Assembly: GCA_965277185.1 (NCBI GenBank)
Contig: CBDICC010000026.1
Coordinates: 13,079 to 77,078 of the forward strand
DNA length: 64,000 bases
Reading direction: 5' to 3'
Source of the DNA: Cytophagales bacterium
Lineage (GTDB): Bacteria; Bacteroidota; Bacteroidia; Cytophagales; JAHDFW01
The position numbers and the translations under genes were made by a program. Shown in pieces: positions 20,193 through 29,796 of this stretch. Each line of letters opens with the position of its first letter. Position 1 is the stretch's first letter. The notes beneath the pieces were generated by a model. The model saw nothing but the letters and a program-made list of their open reading frames with translations, did no database searches and was not told the DNA's origin.

Positions 20193-21464
20193 ATGCATTT
20201 AAAACTTCGAAACTACAGTTTGTTAGCACTAGCTGCTTTAGGAACATCTATTGCAGAAGCTAAACTCCTATATACCGACATTGATCCAGATTCTTCTTTG
20301 ATGAACGATGGAGATGTATTTCAAATTGACTTAAACCAAGACGGAATATTTGATCATCGATTACATGTAAACCAATATTCAAGTATTTCAACCTCAACAA
20401 TTGTCAAAAATAGAATATTTTCAGCATTGGGGTTATCTGATAATGACATGCTCACTTCCTATATTCAAGTTTCTAACTCAAGTAATTCCTATTATTCGTT
20501 TAGTGCAGTACAAAAACTAGAGAAAGGTGATCTTATTAGTTCTTCTGGCTCATTTTCTAAATCAGCCTACTTTGGAGGATACGTATACTATAAAACCAAT
20601 AGTAACACCAGAATACAGCACATGGGTCCCTGGAAAGGAGTAAACATGAAGTATATGGGACTTCGAATCAAGATGGATTCGGTAACCTATGGTTATGGCT
20701 GGGCTAGAGCGTCCATCAATTCTAAGTATGATTCGATTCTAATACATGATTTTGCCTATCAAGATTGTCCAAATGTGCCTATTTTAGCTGGAGATTCGAT
20801 TGCCATTCTTGCGCCAGGAGCTTTATTGAATAGTCAATTTAATGCTTGCGCCTTTTTAGAAGACGTTGGAAACAACGGAAATGCCAGCGATTTTAGGGTT
20901 TCCATTGATTTTGCAGCTGGTGATAAGGATAGTACAATGTTCCACCGAGTAATTTTGATTGATCAAGCACATCTGGCTAATTTTACGATTGATTCGGCTA
21001 AACAAGTAAAAAGTTATGTAGAAATTGCTCCACAGGGAGGAGGAAGCACCTCATTTAACTTTGATTCTACCTTTTTAGACGCACATGGACAACCAGTTGT
21101 GGATGGAAAAGAATACGTTGCCAGTGTATTATCAATACCTAACGGACTTAAATCCAATATGGAACAATGGTGTAATGAAGGTGCATTGACCCCACTTCAA
21201 AATACAACCGCAATTGCTGAAACGCAACTGGAGATTCCTCAGCTTATTATTTCCAATCGAACCTTAAATTTGACACTAAAAAAGGGGAGAGGCACGGGTG
21301 AAATACAGGTATTTAATACTTCCGGACAATTATTGAGGAATGAAGGAATTGATGGAAATTCGCATGCTATGAGCCTGATAGATTTAAGCCCAGGTATTTA
21401 TGTAATACATGTCATTATGCAAGATTCAACTATGCGATTTAGTAAGAAGGTTGTCCTGAATTAA
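20193..21464 (+). CDS. T9SS type-A sorting domain protein
   Basis: Signal peptide; IDLNQDGIFD, YMGLRI, YGYGWARASI, HDFAY; C-terminal IQVFNTSGQLL...LSPGIYVIHV...KKVVLN. Confidence 0.82.
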   Translation: MHLKLRNYSLLALAALGTSIAEAKLLYTDIDPDSSLMNDGDVFQIDLNQDGIFDHRLHVNQYSSISTSTIVKNRIFSALGLSDNDMLTSYIQVSNSSNSYYSFSAVQKLEKGDLISSSGSFSKSAYFGGYVYYKTNSNTRIQHMGPWKGVNMKYMGLRIKMDSVTYGYGWARASINSKYDSILIHDFAYQDCPNVPILAGDSIAILAPGALLNSQFNACAFLEDVGNNGNASDFRVSIDFAAGDKDSTMFHRVILIDQAHLANFTIDSAKQVKSYVEIAPQGGGSTSFNFDSTFLDAHGQPVVDGKEYVASVLSIPNGLKSNMEQWCNEGALTPLQNTTAIAETQLEIPQLIISNRTLNLTLKKGRGTGEIQVFNTSGQLLRNEGIDGNSHAMSLIDLSPGIYVIHVIMQDSTMRFSKKVVLN

Positions 21465-21487
21465 ATTTAGGAATTATCCTATTTAAA

Positions 21488-21539
21488 GGACTTTCGGTCT
21501 GCTTCAGATTCATTAAATGATCTTGCAGACCGAAAATCC
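21488..21539. terminator. hairpin between convergent genes, probable bidirectional terminator
   Basis: TTTCGGTCTGC / GCAGACCGAAA with an inner AGAT.CAT / ATGATCT stem. Confidence 0.65.
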
Positions 21540-21631
21540 ATTAAGTTTAAATCGACATTTGATTTATTCAATTTGATTTGATCACCTTACTTCACGGTAA
21601 TCTACACATTAAAATAAACACTATTTTGTCA

Positions 21632-22543
21632 TTAGTTTTTTGCCAGTTTGTTGTCGCCGATTTTCTGAAGGCCTTCTTTTGGATAGAGTGTTTTGATATT
21701 AAATCCATCAAATTTGAACGATTTAACCGTTAATTTGTGGAGGTATTTCTTGGTATTCTTCTTTGGTCCAAAAGCATATATGTATTGAGTCATTGGGATT
21801 TGCACACCATTATATACTTTCAAATCAGCAAATTGAATGGTTCCATACATTTGACCAATCCCAGGCATTTTCATGTAAGGATCTCTAATTGTATAAGTGC
21901 AATAATCCATTAAACCGGTAGATTGATTAATGTATGCTAAATACTGATCAGCTTCCTTATGTGCTTTTAATTCCCCCCAAGTAATTAGTACCAAATCATA
22001 CGTTTGTCCATTAAATGATGTTTCTCCTGCATAGGCCTTTATTGGCGCTTTATATAGTCGATCCACCAATTCAAAGAAGTATTGAAATGCGGCTAATCCA
22101 AATTGAAAGTTTTTGTTTGCTTTGGGTTTGAATTCTAATGATTCTCCTTTAGGTTGCTCGTAATAACTCCAACTCTGCAATCCTGCCCGATTTCCATTCT
22201 TTTTACCATCCGTAAAGGTTACGTTGCTATCAAATGTACCGACTGCAAACTTCATATTAAGTTGTTGTTTGGCATTGGGCCATAATTTCGCCATTCGTCC
22301 CATCATTCCTTTCCATTTATCTGACAGGTCAGCTTCATATACGTTATTCTTTGAAAGTTGATCCATGCCTTGTTTTTGGCGGGCTGATTCCATAAGTTTT
22401 TCACCTTTTTCTAGATTCATTTTAGTAAGACCTTCCTTTTTGATTGTTCTAGTACGAATATCTACAGGACTGCAACTCCATAATAGGGTAGATAATATTG
22501 TGGCAAAAGCAATAAGTGTGGTGATTGATTTAAGTGTTTTCAT
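21632..22543 (-). CDS. hypothetical lipoprotein (LolA-like / DUF6503-like family guess)
   Basis: Lipobox LWSC; TFNGQTYDLVLITW, DQYLAYINQSTGLMDYCTYTIRD. Confidence 0.6.
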   Translation of the reverse strand: MKTLKSITTLIAFATILSTLLWSCSPVDIRTRTIKKEGLTKMNLEKGEKLMESARQKQGMDQLSKNNVYEADLSDKWKGMMGRMAKLWPNAKQQLNMKFAVGTFDSNVTFTDGKKNGNRAGLQSWSYYEQPKGESLEFKPKANKNFQFGLAAFQYFFELVDRLYKAPIKAYAGETSFNGQTYDLVLITWGELKAHKEADQYLAYINQSTGLMDYCTYTIRDPYMKMPGIGQMYGTIQFADLKVYNGVQIPMTQYIYAFGPKKNTKKYLHKLTVKSFKFDGFNIKTLYPKEGLQKIGDNKLAKN

Positions 22544-22628
22544 ATGTTCGTAATTATAGGTTCTTGGTTCTTATTTAGATTGATATAGTTTGTGGTTTTT
22601 GTGCGTATTCTCAATTAAGTATTTCAAG

Positions 22629-22644
22629 TAAACAAACTGGTCTA
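22629..22644. promoter_or_regulatory. NemR-type TetR operator upstream of the lipoprotein gene
   Basis: TAAACAAACTGGTCTA, 13/16 identical to the E. coli NemR site TAGACCGACTGGTCTA (site recalled, not looked up). Confidence 0.65.
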
Positions 22645-22689
22645 TTTCAATTATGATAAATTTTTTTATGCATTGGCCCAGCGGGCTAT

Positions 22690-23274
22690 TCAATTTGCTT
22701 CAATTAATTTAAAGGCTATATTAATGGATTCTTTTACTGGCCTTGTAGAACGTTCCATTTTAATTCGTCCAAAGGATCCATTCATGAGCGTATGTATGAA
22801 TTCAGCCAATTTTCGAGGGTCTAAATCTGTTCTAATTTCTCCTTGTTCTGCTGCTTGTTGTAAGCATAATTCAATAAGATCAATCCAGTTGTTGAAGTGT
22901 CTAAGCGATTCTGCGGCAATTTTATCACTATGTCCTGCAATTTCAAAGGAGAAGTTATACAGTAAACAACCCACTTTACAATCTTCCTTCACTGCATGCT
23001 CAATAATTGAATTATACAAGTTTTTAAGACGATTGATAGGAGAGTGTGTTGCATCCTGTAAATACCCATCAATGTAATGACTCATTCGAGAACCGTATAA
23101 ATTCACTACTTCTTGAGCAAAATCTTCTTTAGTATCAAAATAGTTATAAAAGGACCCCTTCGAAACATTTGCTTGTTTTAGGATCTGCTGAATCCCAGTT
23201 GCATTATACCCTTGCGCCCGGAACAATTTCTGTCCTGCTGCAATGATTGTCTCTTTGTCGTGTTTTAGGTTCAT
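22690..23274 (-). CDS. TetR/AcrR family regulator, NemR-like
   Basis: GYNATGIQQILKQANVSKGSFYNYFDTKE helix-turn-helix; GCLLYN motif. Confidence 0.92.
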   Translation of the reverse strand: MNLKHDKETIIAAGQKLFRAQGYNATGIQQILKQANVSKGSFYNYFDTKEDFAQEVVNLYGSRMSHYIDGYLQDATHSPINRLKNLYNSIIEHAVKEDCKVGCLLYNFSFEIAGHSDKIAAESLRHFNNWIDLIELCLQQAAEQGEIRTDLDPRKLAEFIHTLMNGSFGRIKMERSTRPVKESINIAFKLIEAN

Positions 23275-23282
23275 TTCTTATT

Positions 23283-23310
23283 TATACCAACCAGTCTACT
23301 TGCAAATGTA
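23283..23310 (-). promoter_or_regulatory. TetR promoter: -7 element TACATTTG (23310-23303) with an adjacent operator TATACCAACCAGTCTA (23283-23298)
   Basis: Exact -7 match on the minus strand; imperfect TAGACC-N4-GGTCTA palindrome between it and the ATG. Confidence 0.7.
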
Positions 23311-23468
23311 AACGAATATATTTAATTCACAAACTGCTTTCTTATAATTTACTTAAGAAGTGGGAGAGAAGCCTAACTGATCGCATAGGACTTGTTTATT
23401 TAAATTCATTCAAAGGCTATGAAAACTATTGTATTGTATTCGAATTTGAATATTGATATAAAAAAGAA

Positions 23469-23517
23469 GTCACCTCCAATATAAAAGAAATCGCATTGGA
23501 TTCTAACTGGAGGTGAC
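23469..23517 (-). terminator. probable terminator of the ECF sigma operon
   Basis: GTCACCTCCA / TGGAGGTGAC, followed by TTCTTTTT on the minus strand. Confidence 0.6.
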
Positions 23518-23697
23518 CCTATTTATTGATTAATGTGATGCCTACATAAAGAAAATGTAAGGTAATGCACTTCGACTAATTTAATACTTTAGTTAAATAA
23601 TCTGATTTTAATCAGTTGGACTTAAATTATTAAAATACCAGTATATAACTCTAATTCTTGTACCTACTACATTACTACTCTTTCTCCTTATTTTAAA

Positions 23698-24240
23698 CTA
23701 AGGCTCCTTCGTTTCAGCATCGGGCGTGGTATTCGCTTTTGTAGAAGTGCTACCATTCCCATCCTCTGTTTTTGTATTCGAATTTGCATCTGCTTCCATT
23801 TCTAATTCTTCAAAATCATCATTGGAATCAGGACCACATTTACCAAATCCTGAGCTTCGATCTTTATATTTCTGTTTAAACGCTTCTTTTTCCTCTTTGC
23901 TCATATTACCCCAACGCGCCTTCATTTTTTCACTCCAACCTTTACGGCCAGAATTACAACAACATGATTTTTTGTTGCCTTTTCCAAAACCTCCAAACAA
24001 GATTTTGCTAAGTACGAGTACTCCTCCAGCTTGTAAATAGGTTAGGGGTGGTAAATCAAATATAAAGGGCATCAACCAATTCCAAAGAAGCATCACCACA
24101 TAGGTAAATAAAAGGATACCGGCTATAACCAAAAGTGCGATGAAAAAGAACTTAACTGCCTTAGGAACCGAACTTTGGACTTTATTTTTTATTCTATCGT
24201 GTTTCATTTTAATTTCGTTTTTATGATCTATTCTAATCAA
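23698..24240 (-). CDS. small membrane protein downstream of the ECF sigma factor
   Basis: Two hydrophobic segments (LWNWLMPFIFDLPPLTYLQAGGVLVLSKILFGGFG), a CCC motif, MSKEEKEAFKQKY and an acidic tail; may start at ATG 24207. Confidence 0.75.
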   Translation of the reverse strand: MIRIDHKNEIKMKHDRIKNKVQSSVPKAVKFFFIALLVIAGILLFTYVVMLLWNWLMPFIFDLPPLTYLQAGGVLVLSKILFGGFGKGNKKSCCCNSGRKGWSEKMKARWGNMSKEEKEAFKQKYKDRSSGFGKCGPDSNDDFEELEMEADANSNTKTEDGNGSTSTKANTTPDAETKEP

Positions 24241-24417
24241 GTATAATCTTGTGTTATTTTATCAACGGTTCCTTCTTTCTCATTTGTCACTTGCTCTTAC
24301 CAATTTATCTATTGCCGCGGACAACAAATTATCGGAGAATGGCTTAAATGAAATAATCTATTCATCTTATTGCTAAGTTTTGTTTCATTAGATTAGATTG
24401 AATCGAAATAAATAGTG

Positions 24418-25044
24418 TTAATCGTTGATGAATTCCAAATAAATTGACTCCAGACGTTCTCTTAGGTAAAGTATTGCATATCGCTTTCTCGAGATCAGCG
24501 TGTTGACCGTCACCCCAGTGTTTTGCGCAATTTCCTTAAATGATTTCCCTTCAATTTCGTGCTCTAGAAACACATATCGTTGTTCTTCTGGAAGTTCTGA
24601 TAATGCATTTTCCAACTCTTCCATTACTGCATTTTGCATTAATTCTCCTTCTGGACTTGCATCAGGTGCTACAATCAAATCCAGTAAAGACAGGGATGTT
24701 TCATCGTCATCATCGTATCGTATTTTTGATTCGATTAATTCCGGTTTTTTCTTTCGAAACATATCCGTAATCTTATTTCTGGCAACTGTAAACAACCATG
24801 AACTTACTTTCTCCACCGGTTTCATGAAACGATATGTTTCTATCAATTGGAAGAACACGTCTTGCAGGATATCTTCTGCCTCGATTTCATTAGGTACGCG
24901 GGTCCGAATAAAGTTGCGAAGTCTGTTTCCTTCCTTTTGAAAGGTTTCTTCTATTTTACGATCTTGTTCGCTTTGTTCGGTCAATGTACCTTGTTTTCCC
25001 GGTGCAAGTTTAATGATTTGCGTTATGTCTATTGTCTGCTCCAT
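24418..25044 (-). CDS. ECF RNA polymerase sigma-70 factor
   Basis: AEDILQDVF, SWLFTVARNKITDMFRKK, LPEEQRYVF, SFKEIA, NTLISRKRYA. Confidence 0.95.
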   Translation of the reverse strand: MEQTIDITQIIKLAPGKQGTLTEQSEQDRKIEETFQKEGNRLRNFIRTRVPNEIEAEDILQDVFFQLIETYRFMKPVEKVSSWLFTVARNKITDMFRKKKPELIESKIRYDDDDETSLSLLDLIVAPDASPEGELMQNAVMEELENALSELPEEQRYVFLEHEIEGKSFKEIAQNTGVTVNTLISRKRYAILYLRERLESIYLEFIND

Positions 25045-25176
25045 TTGTCACTCTGTATTAGTAGACGGACAAGGGCTTTCAATATTTTAAAGATATTGGA
25101 AAATAATTAATATTTCGTTCTTTTCAAAGAGTCGTAATAGGGATTACTAAACCAACATTGAGGTGGAAAATGTAGA

Positions 25177-26196
25177 TTAACGTACAATAAAGGACTTTTG
25201 GTAACCTGATAATCGTAAATAATAAATTCCCGATGGTAATGAATTTAATTTCAACTTTACCAAACCGTTATTAGGAATAAGCATTGTGCTACTTTGAACA
25301 ACTCTTCCTTGGTTGTTGACTATTTGCAATGCTTTAGGTATTCCATTTTGATCATTGAACTGTGTTACTTCGATTGTAAGCACCTCGTTTGCCTTGAGGA
25401 TGCTTGGATATAGCATCAGCCTTTTATCTGTTCTAAAATCAGCTAATATACCGTCCGTGGTATTTATTGTATCCAACACATAGGAACATGAAACAGAATC
25501 CAAATATTGAAATGCTTCTGTTAAGATCTGATTACGGTTGGGGAAATCAATGGTATGTCCGACACCCGCCATTAATAAAGATTCTAGGCATGCATGATTC
25601 GCTTCTAATGCAAAAGTTAGGGGAGTAAATCGAATATTGGGTGAGTCACTACCTCCATGTACTACATAAAAACGATTCCCATTGGCATTCGTATCTATTT
25701 CTGCTATTTCAGATACGCTGACTGCAGCACCAATAGGCATGTATCCAGCAAATCGATTGGGACGTCTTAATCCATAGGTATATGTTGTCTTACCTCCCCA
25801 CGAAAACCCCATAACAAAAATCTTTTCATGGTCTATATTGTACCAGTTTTCAGCTGAATCTAGCAGGGCTGTTGTAAATGCTGTATCAATAGGATCGTCT
25901 ATTTTACCATCGGCGCCTCCATCAGGACAAAGGAGAATCAAGTTGTTAGAATCTGCAAAAGCGATTAATGTATCACACCAGGACTCCGCATTCCATCGGG
26001 TAACATTCAATGGATGCAAAGCGAGCATCATTTTGGAAGGAATCGTATCTGAATAATCAGAGGGGAGATATATGGAGTATTTCTTAGCTGGATCCGTTAG
26101 AAAAGCAAAAGAAGAATCAATGCGCATTTGGGCTTGCACATTGCAATACAACAACGAATAAAGAATGGCAATAATTAAGAAGGTGATCTTTTTCAT
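25177..26196 (-). CDS. secreted alpha/beta hydrolase (esterase) with a T9SS C-terminal domain
   Basis: GFSWGG nucleophile, VHGGSD, GVGH; C-terminal LYPSIL...NNQGRVV...LPSGIYYLRL. Confidence 0.82.
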   Translation of the reverse strand: MKKITFLIIAILYSLLYCNVQAQMRIDSSFAFLTDPAKKYSIYLPSDYSDTIPSKMMLALHPLNVTRWNAESWCDTLIAFADSNNLILLCPDGGADGKIDDPIDTAFTTALLDSAENWYNIDHEKIFVMGFSWGGKTTYTYGLRRPNRFAGYMPIGAAVSVSEIAEIDTNANGNRFYVVHGGSDSPNIRFTPLTFALEANHACLESLLMAGVGHTIDFPNRNQILTEAFQYLDSVSCSYVLDTINTTDGILADFRTDKRLMLYPSILKANEVLTIEVTQFNDQNGIPKALQIVNNQGRVVQSSTMLIPNNGLVKLKLNSLPSGIYYLRLSGYQKSFIVR

Positions 26197-26427
26197 ATGA
26201 GCGTAACATGTTCTTATTCAAATTAATTCACACAATCCTCTTAACTTCTACTTAATGACTTTATTTAGTTTGCTGTATTATGGGATCACCGTTCATAAGT
26301 GACTTACATCGAAACCGTTGTATTTCTTGATATAAATAAAAACTTATACTTAATTACTTGCATTATAAGGTATTTATTATTTACTTTAACATCAACACAT
26401 TCTTTTATTAACTATAATATAAAAATT

Positions 26428-27471
26428 ATGAGAACAAACAAACAAACAGTCAATTGGACTGGATTGAGAAGGTGCGCAAGCTTTTGTGCACTCTCACTTA
26501 TGGTTGCTATGACCACATATGGTCAAGGCAATGGAAACGGAAATGGCGGCGGCGGAAATGGCGGTGGCGGCAAAAAAGCAGACGTAGTCAACGTAACTAA
26601 TGATAATGGATTTGATGTCGGAATACTCGTTGATGGAAAAGTTAAAAAGAACTCTGATTCCAATGATGATGATTACATTTTTTCTGGAGGAACAACAACC
26701 GTTACCAACTATGATTTAGGCGCTAATAATGAAATCATTGCTTTTACCGAAGATCGACCTGTACAACTGATTACTACTATTCCTTGGACTTCTGATCGGG
26801 ACACGGTTACCGTAGATTTTGATGATGTAAATGTTATTGATCTAACGATATGGGTTGTTTTTGCCCCCAATGGTGATTTTGCAGCACAGGAAGCTAAAAT
26901 AATGAATGACGTATTGACTACGGCTAATTATTTTAAAGCAGAACGGCTTGGGGTTACATTTGGTAATGTAAATATTATTGATGCCACTGCTGACCCTGAT
27001 GCGCCTACCTATTATCCTTTTACTTGTGCATTACGCACAGGAATTCAAAATGACATCGGCCAAGTTGCAGGACAAATCAACATTTATTATACAGAAACCG
27101 TTGATGGTGGAACTGGACGGGGCCAGGCATGTCAAATTGGAAGTGATTTTGCTGCCATGGCATCGAATACCGGTAATGAGCTCTTGTCTCATGAATTAGG
27201 CCACGACTTTTACCTATTTCATATCAATAGCCTGACGCAAGACTTTAATCAAACGAATATCATGCACAGCGCAAGTAATACCCGTGAATGGTTGACCGAA
27301 GGTCAAACGTTTCGTGCGACGTTCCAAAGCAGTTCAGCACTTAACTTCTTGTATAATGTTCGACCAGGTATTCCCTTTAGATCATGTAGTAGTACTGGTA
27401 CCACCAGAACGGATCAATGCCCTGAGATTCAGCGAAGATTATGGTCTGATGGAACATATCAGCCTAATTAG
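26428..27471 (+). CDS. secreted zinc metalloprotease (metzincin-like)
   Basis: HELGHDFYLFH zinc motif and NIMH Met-turn; Gly/Asn linker after the signal peptide. Start moved to ATG 26428. Confidence 0.8.
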   Translation: MRTNKQTVNWTGLRRCASFCALSLMVAMTTYGQGNGNGNGGGGNGGGGKKADVVNVTNDNGFDVGILVDGKVKKNSDSNDDDYIFSGGTTTVTNYDLGANNEIIAFTEDRPVQLITTIPWTSDRDTVTVDFDDVNVIDLTIWVVFAPNGDFAAQEAKIMNDVLTTANYFKAERLGVTFGNVNIIDATADPDAPTYYPFTCALRTGIQNDIGQVAGQINIYYTETVDGGTGRGQACQIGSDFAAMASNTGNELLSHELGHDFYLFHINSLTQDFNQTNIMHSASNTREWLTEGQTFRATFQSSSALNFLYNVRPGIPFRSCSSTGTTRTDQCPEIQRRLWSDGTYQPN

Positions 27472-27539
27472 ACTAGTTGAAATGGTCGCAAACCAAGTAA
27501 GACATTAATATATTACACAAAACATTAAAATAGATACCA

Positions 27540-28238
27540 ATGAAAAAATTAACTATACTTTCATTTATTCTGGCTACCATATTGCTTGCCGGAAATGCAT
27601 GGGGTCAGGATGACCTTAATTTAAACGAGTGGTTAAATACCGACTGCGGTGCAGGTGAAGAACAATCCGCTGCGCAAAAAATGGCTTCACAAGCCCACAA
27701 TATTCAGTTAAGAGAAGATTTACAGTCTGCTTTGATGAATGGTCCGTCAGATTCTGAACGACAAAAAGTTCGAATACATGCTGGCAAAAATTATGATCGA
27801 AATCAAGCATTTATAGAAGAGGGGAATGCTACATTTTTTACAGCTCGTCAATTGGAAAGCTTAAAGTCCGTCTCTAAATCTGATTTTGTAGAGCAGGAAG
27901 AAACCAATTACATTAAACGGTACAAAGATCAGGCTCGTTTGGGACTTGAATTGATCGGTCAGTTAAATTCAAGTTATGGAGTAACCATGGAAACATCGCC
28001 AGTTCCTGCTGCCAGTAATGTAAACTTTAGTTTCATTATACCTGAGGATGCAAATTACAAAGTGATGCTTTATGATATATCTGGTAAGTTTATTGGGCAA
28101 ATTCAAGAGGGGAGTGCAAGGAAAAATCGAATGGTGAAATTTGATTACAATACTTCTACATTGTCTGAAGGCCTATACACTTACAAAGTCGTTACTGGAA
28201 ACAGGGTTTATGTAGAAAAGTTTCTTATTAGAAGATAA
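27540..28238 (+). CDS. T9SS type-A sorting domain protein with a small helical N-terminal domain
   Basis: Signal ending AWG-Q; C-terminal SPVP...LYDISGKFI...LSEGLYTYKV...EKFLIRR. Confidence 0.82.
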   Translation: MKKLTILSFILATILLAGNAWGQDDLNLNEWLNTDCGAGEEQSAAQKMASQAHNIQLREDLQSALMNGPSDSERQKVRIHAGKNYDRNQAFIEEGNATFFTARQLESLKSVSKSDFVEQEETNYIKRYKDQARLGLELIGQLNSSYGVTMETSPVPAASNVNFSFIIPEDANYKVMLYDISGKFIGQIQEGSARKNRMVKFDYNTSTLSEGLYTYKVVTGNRVYVEKFLIRR

Positions 28239-28398
28239 TTTAAAACAGCTTGAATCCAGCCTTTAGGTTTGATTGAAACATCTTTAAACATCTTTAATCA
28301 CTGCATTAGATTTTCGCTTTATTGCCTTAGAAAGCATGGCGAATCTAATGCGGTGATTTTTATTTTAAGTAGAGTAGAGCTATCTATTGTTTGTTTAT

Positions 28399-29733
28399 TT
28401 ATGGCTGCTTTATCTGTTGTACAAAAAGGGGGAGGTTCGCAGAAGCGATATTATTCTTCCCATCTCGCACATGCACAAATAATCGCATCGGACCTTCATA
28501 TTTCGGAGCTGTAAACGTAAGTTCAAGACCTAAATCACTACGTTGTGTTGTAAATGTTACATTTAAGGATGTAGGTTTTAATTCCTTATCTATTAAGTTT
28601 TTACGAATCCTTTTTTCTGGAATCCATTCAAATTCGTATCGCAATGAATCTGACTCAGGATCAGATACCTTAAGATCTACCGAGTAACTTGATTCCGTAT
28701 GAATTACTTCATTCGAATCGATGCCATTTAAGCTAAAAGAGTGAATTCTAGGGGCTAAATTATGAAATGGTTTTCCTTCCCAATAATCGTTTATGGCTTC
28801 AATCATTTGTGTTTTCTCTCCTTGTGGCCCGAGGAGGCTAAACCATGTATGCGTATATTCCTGCTTATTCCCAAAATAAAATGAATAGGAACCGAGCAAG
28901 GATTTGTCTTCTTTCATTTCTTTAAAAATGCTAATAAAACGCTGCGATTTAACGGAATCTGATGGTTCTACAGTCATATTCCACATTCGATCCAAATAAG
29001 GATCCCAATATCCATAATTTCCAAATTCAGAAATCAAATAAGGTCCATCGTATCCCCAGACCACATCTTTTCGCTTCTCTTGAATACTATTAATCTGGCC
29101 AAACTTATTAAAACTAATAAAGTCTAAATCAGAGCAGTATCGAGTAATTACAGGAATATGAAATCTTGGATAACCAGGTACGGCTGTAGTGGTAGGATGA
29201 TTTGGGTCCAACTCATGAATTCGGCGGGACACTTTATTTAAAAATTTATAAGCAGCAATATCAGGTTTTTGATTCCATTGAAATTCGTTTCCAATACACC
29301 AGGCTAATAAGGCAGGATGCTTTTTGTATCGATTTACTTGTAATTCAATTAGTTTGAATAATTGTTTACATACATTACTATCCGAATAATCGAAGTAATC
29401 CGTGTGATGGAGCCATAATGTCAAAGTCACACTCATTTCATACTTTTGAGCGGAATCTAAGGTCGTCAATGCATCATCCATTCCATACGTACGAATGGAA
29501 TTTGCCCCGATTCGATGCAACAAAGCTACATTTTTGGCAGAACAAGCACCTTTTACATAGTGTGGTTTTCCATTTCGTATAAATTGAAACGCTCCCTCTT
29601 TCACCTCTTTTATATAGGTAGCTCCCTCCAACGATTTATCAAACAAACTTTGTTCGTCTTTATTTGACTCGGAACAGCCTGCCAGACAGAGTAAAATGGT
29701 GCAGATAAGATATATACCTAGATTCGGTTTCAA
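28399..29733 (-). CDS. GH2-like TIM-barrel glycoside hydrolase lipoprotein
   Basis: GANSIRTY, HPALLAWCIGNE (acid/base), GPYLISEFG (nucleophile). TTG 29733 gives MKPNLGIYLICTILLCLAGC with a lipobox. Confidence 0.85.
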   Translation of the reverse strand: MKPNLGIYLICTILLCLAGCSESNKDEQSLFDKSLEGATYIKEVKEGAFQFIRNGKPHYVKGACSAKNVALLHRIGANSIRTYGMDDALTTLDSAQKYEMSVTLTLWLHHTDYFDYSDSNVCKQLFKLIELQVNRYKKHPALLAWCIGNEFQWNQKPDIAAYKFLNKVSRRIHELDPNHPTTTAVPGYPRFHIPVITRYCSDLDFISFNKFGQINSIQEKRKDVVWGYDGPYLISEFGNYGYWDPYLDRMWNMTVEPSDSVKSQRFISIFKEMKEDKSLLGSYSFYFGNKQEYTHTWFSLLGPQGEKTQMIEAINDYWEGKPFHNLAPRIHSFSLNGIDSNEVIHTESSYSVDLKVSDPESDSLRYEFEWIPEKRIRKNLIDKELKPTSLNVTFTTQRSDLGLELTFTAPKYEGPMRLFVHVRDGKNNIASANLPLFVQQIKQP

Positions 29734-29796
29734 TAATCCTAAAATGTTATACTTTTGTTTAGATCGTGTAAATATCCGAAACAATCTCTGCATTTC

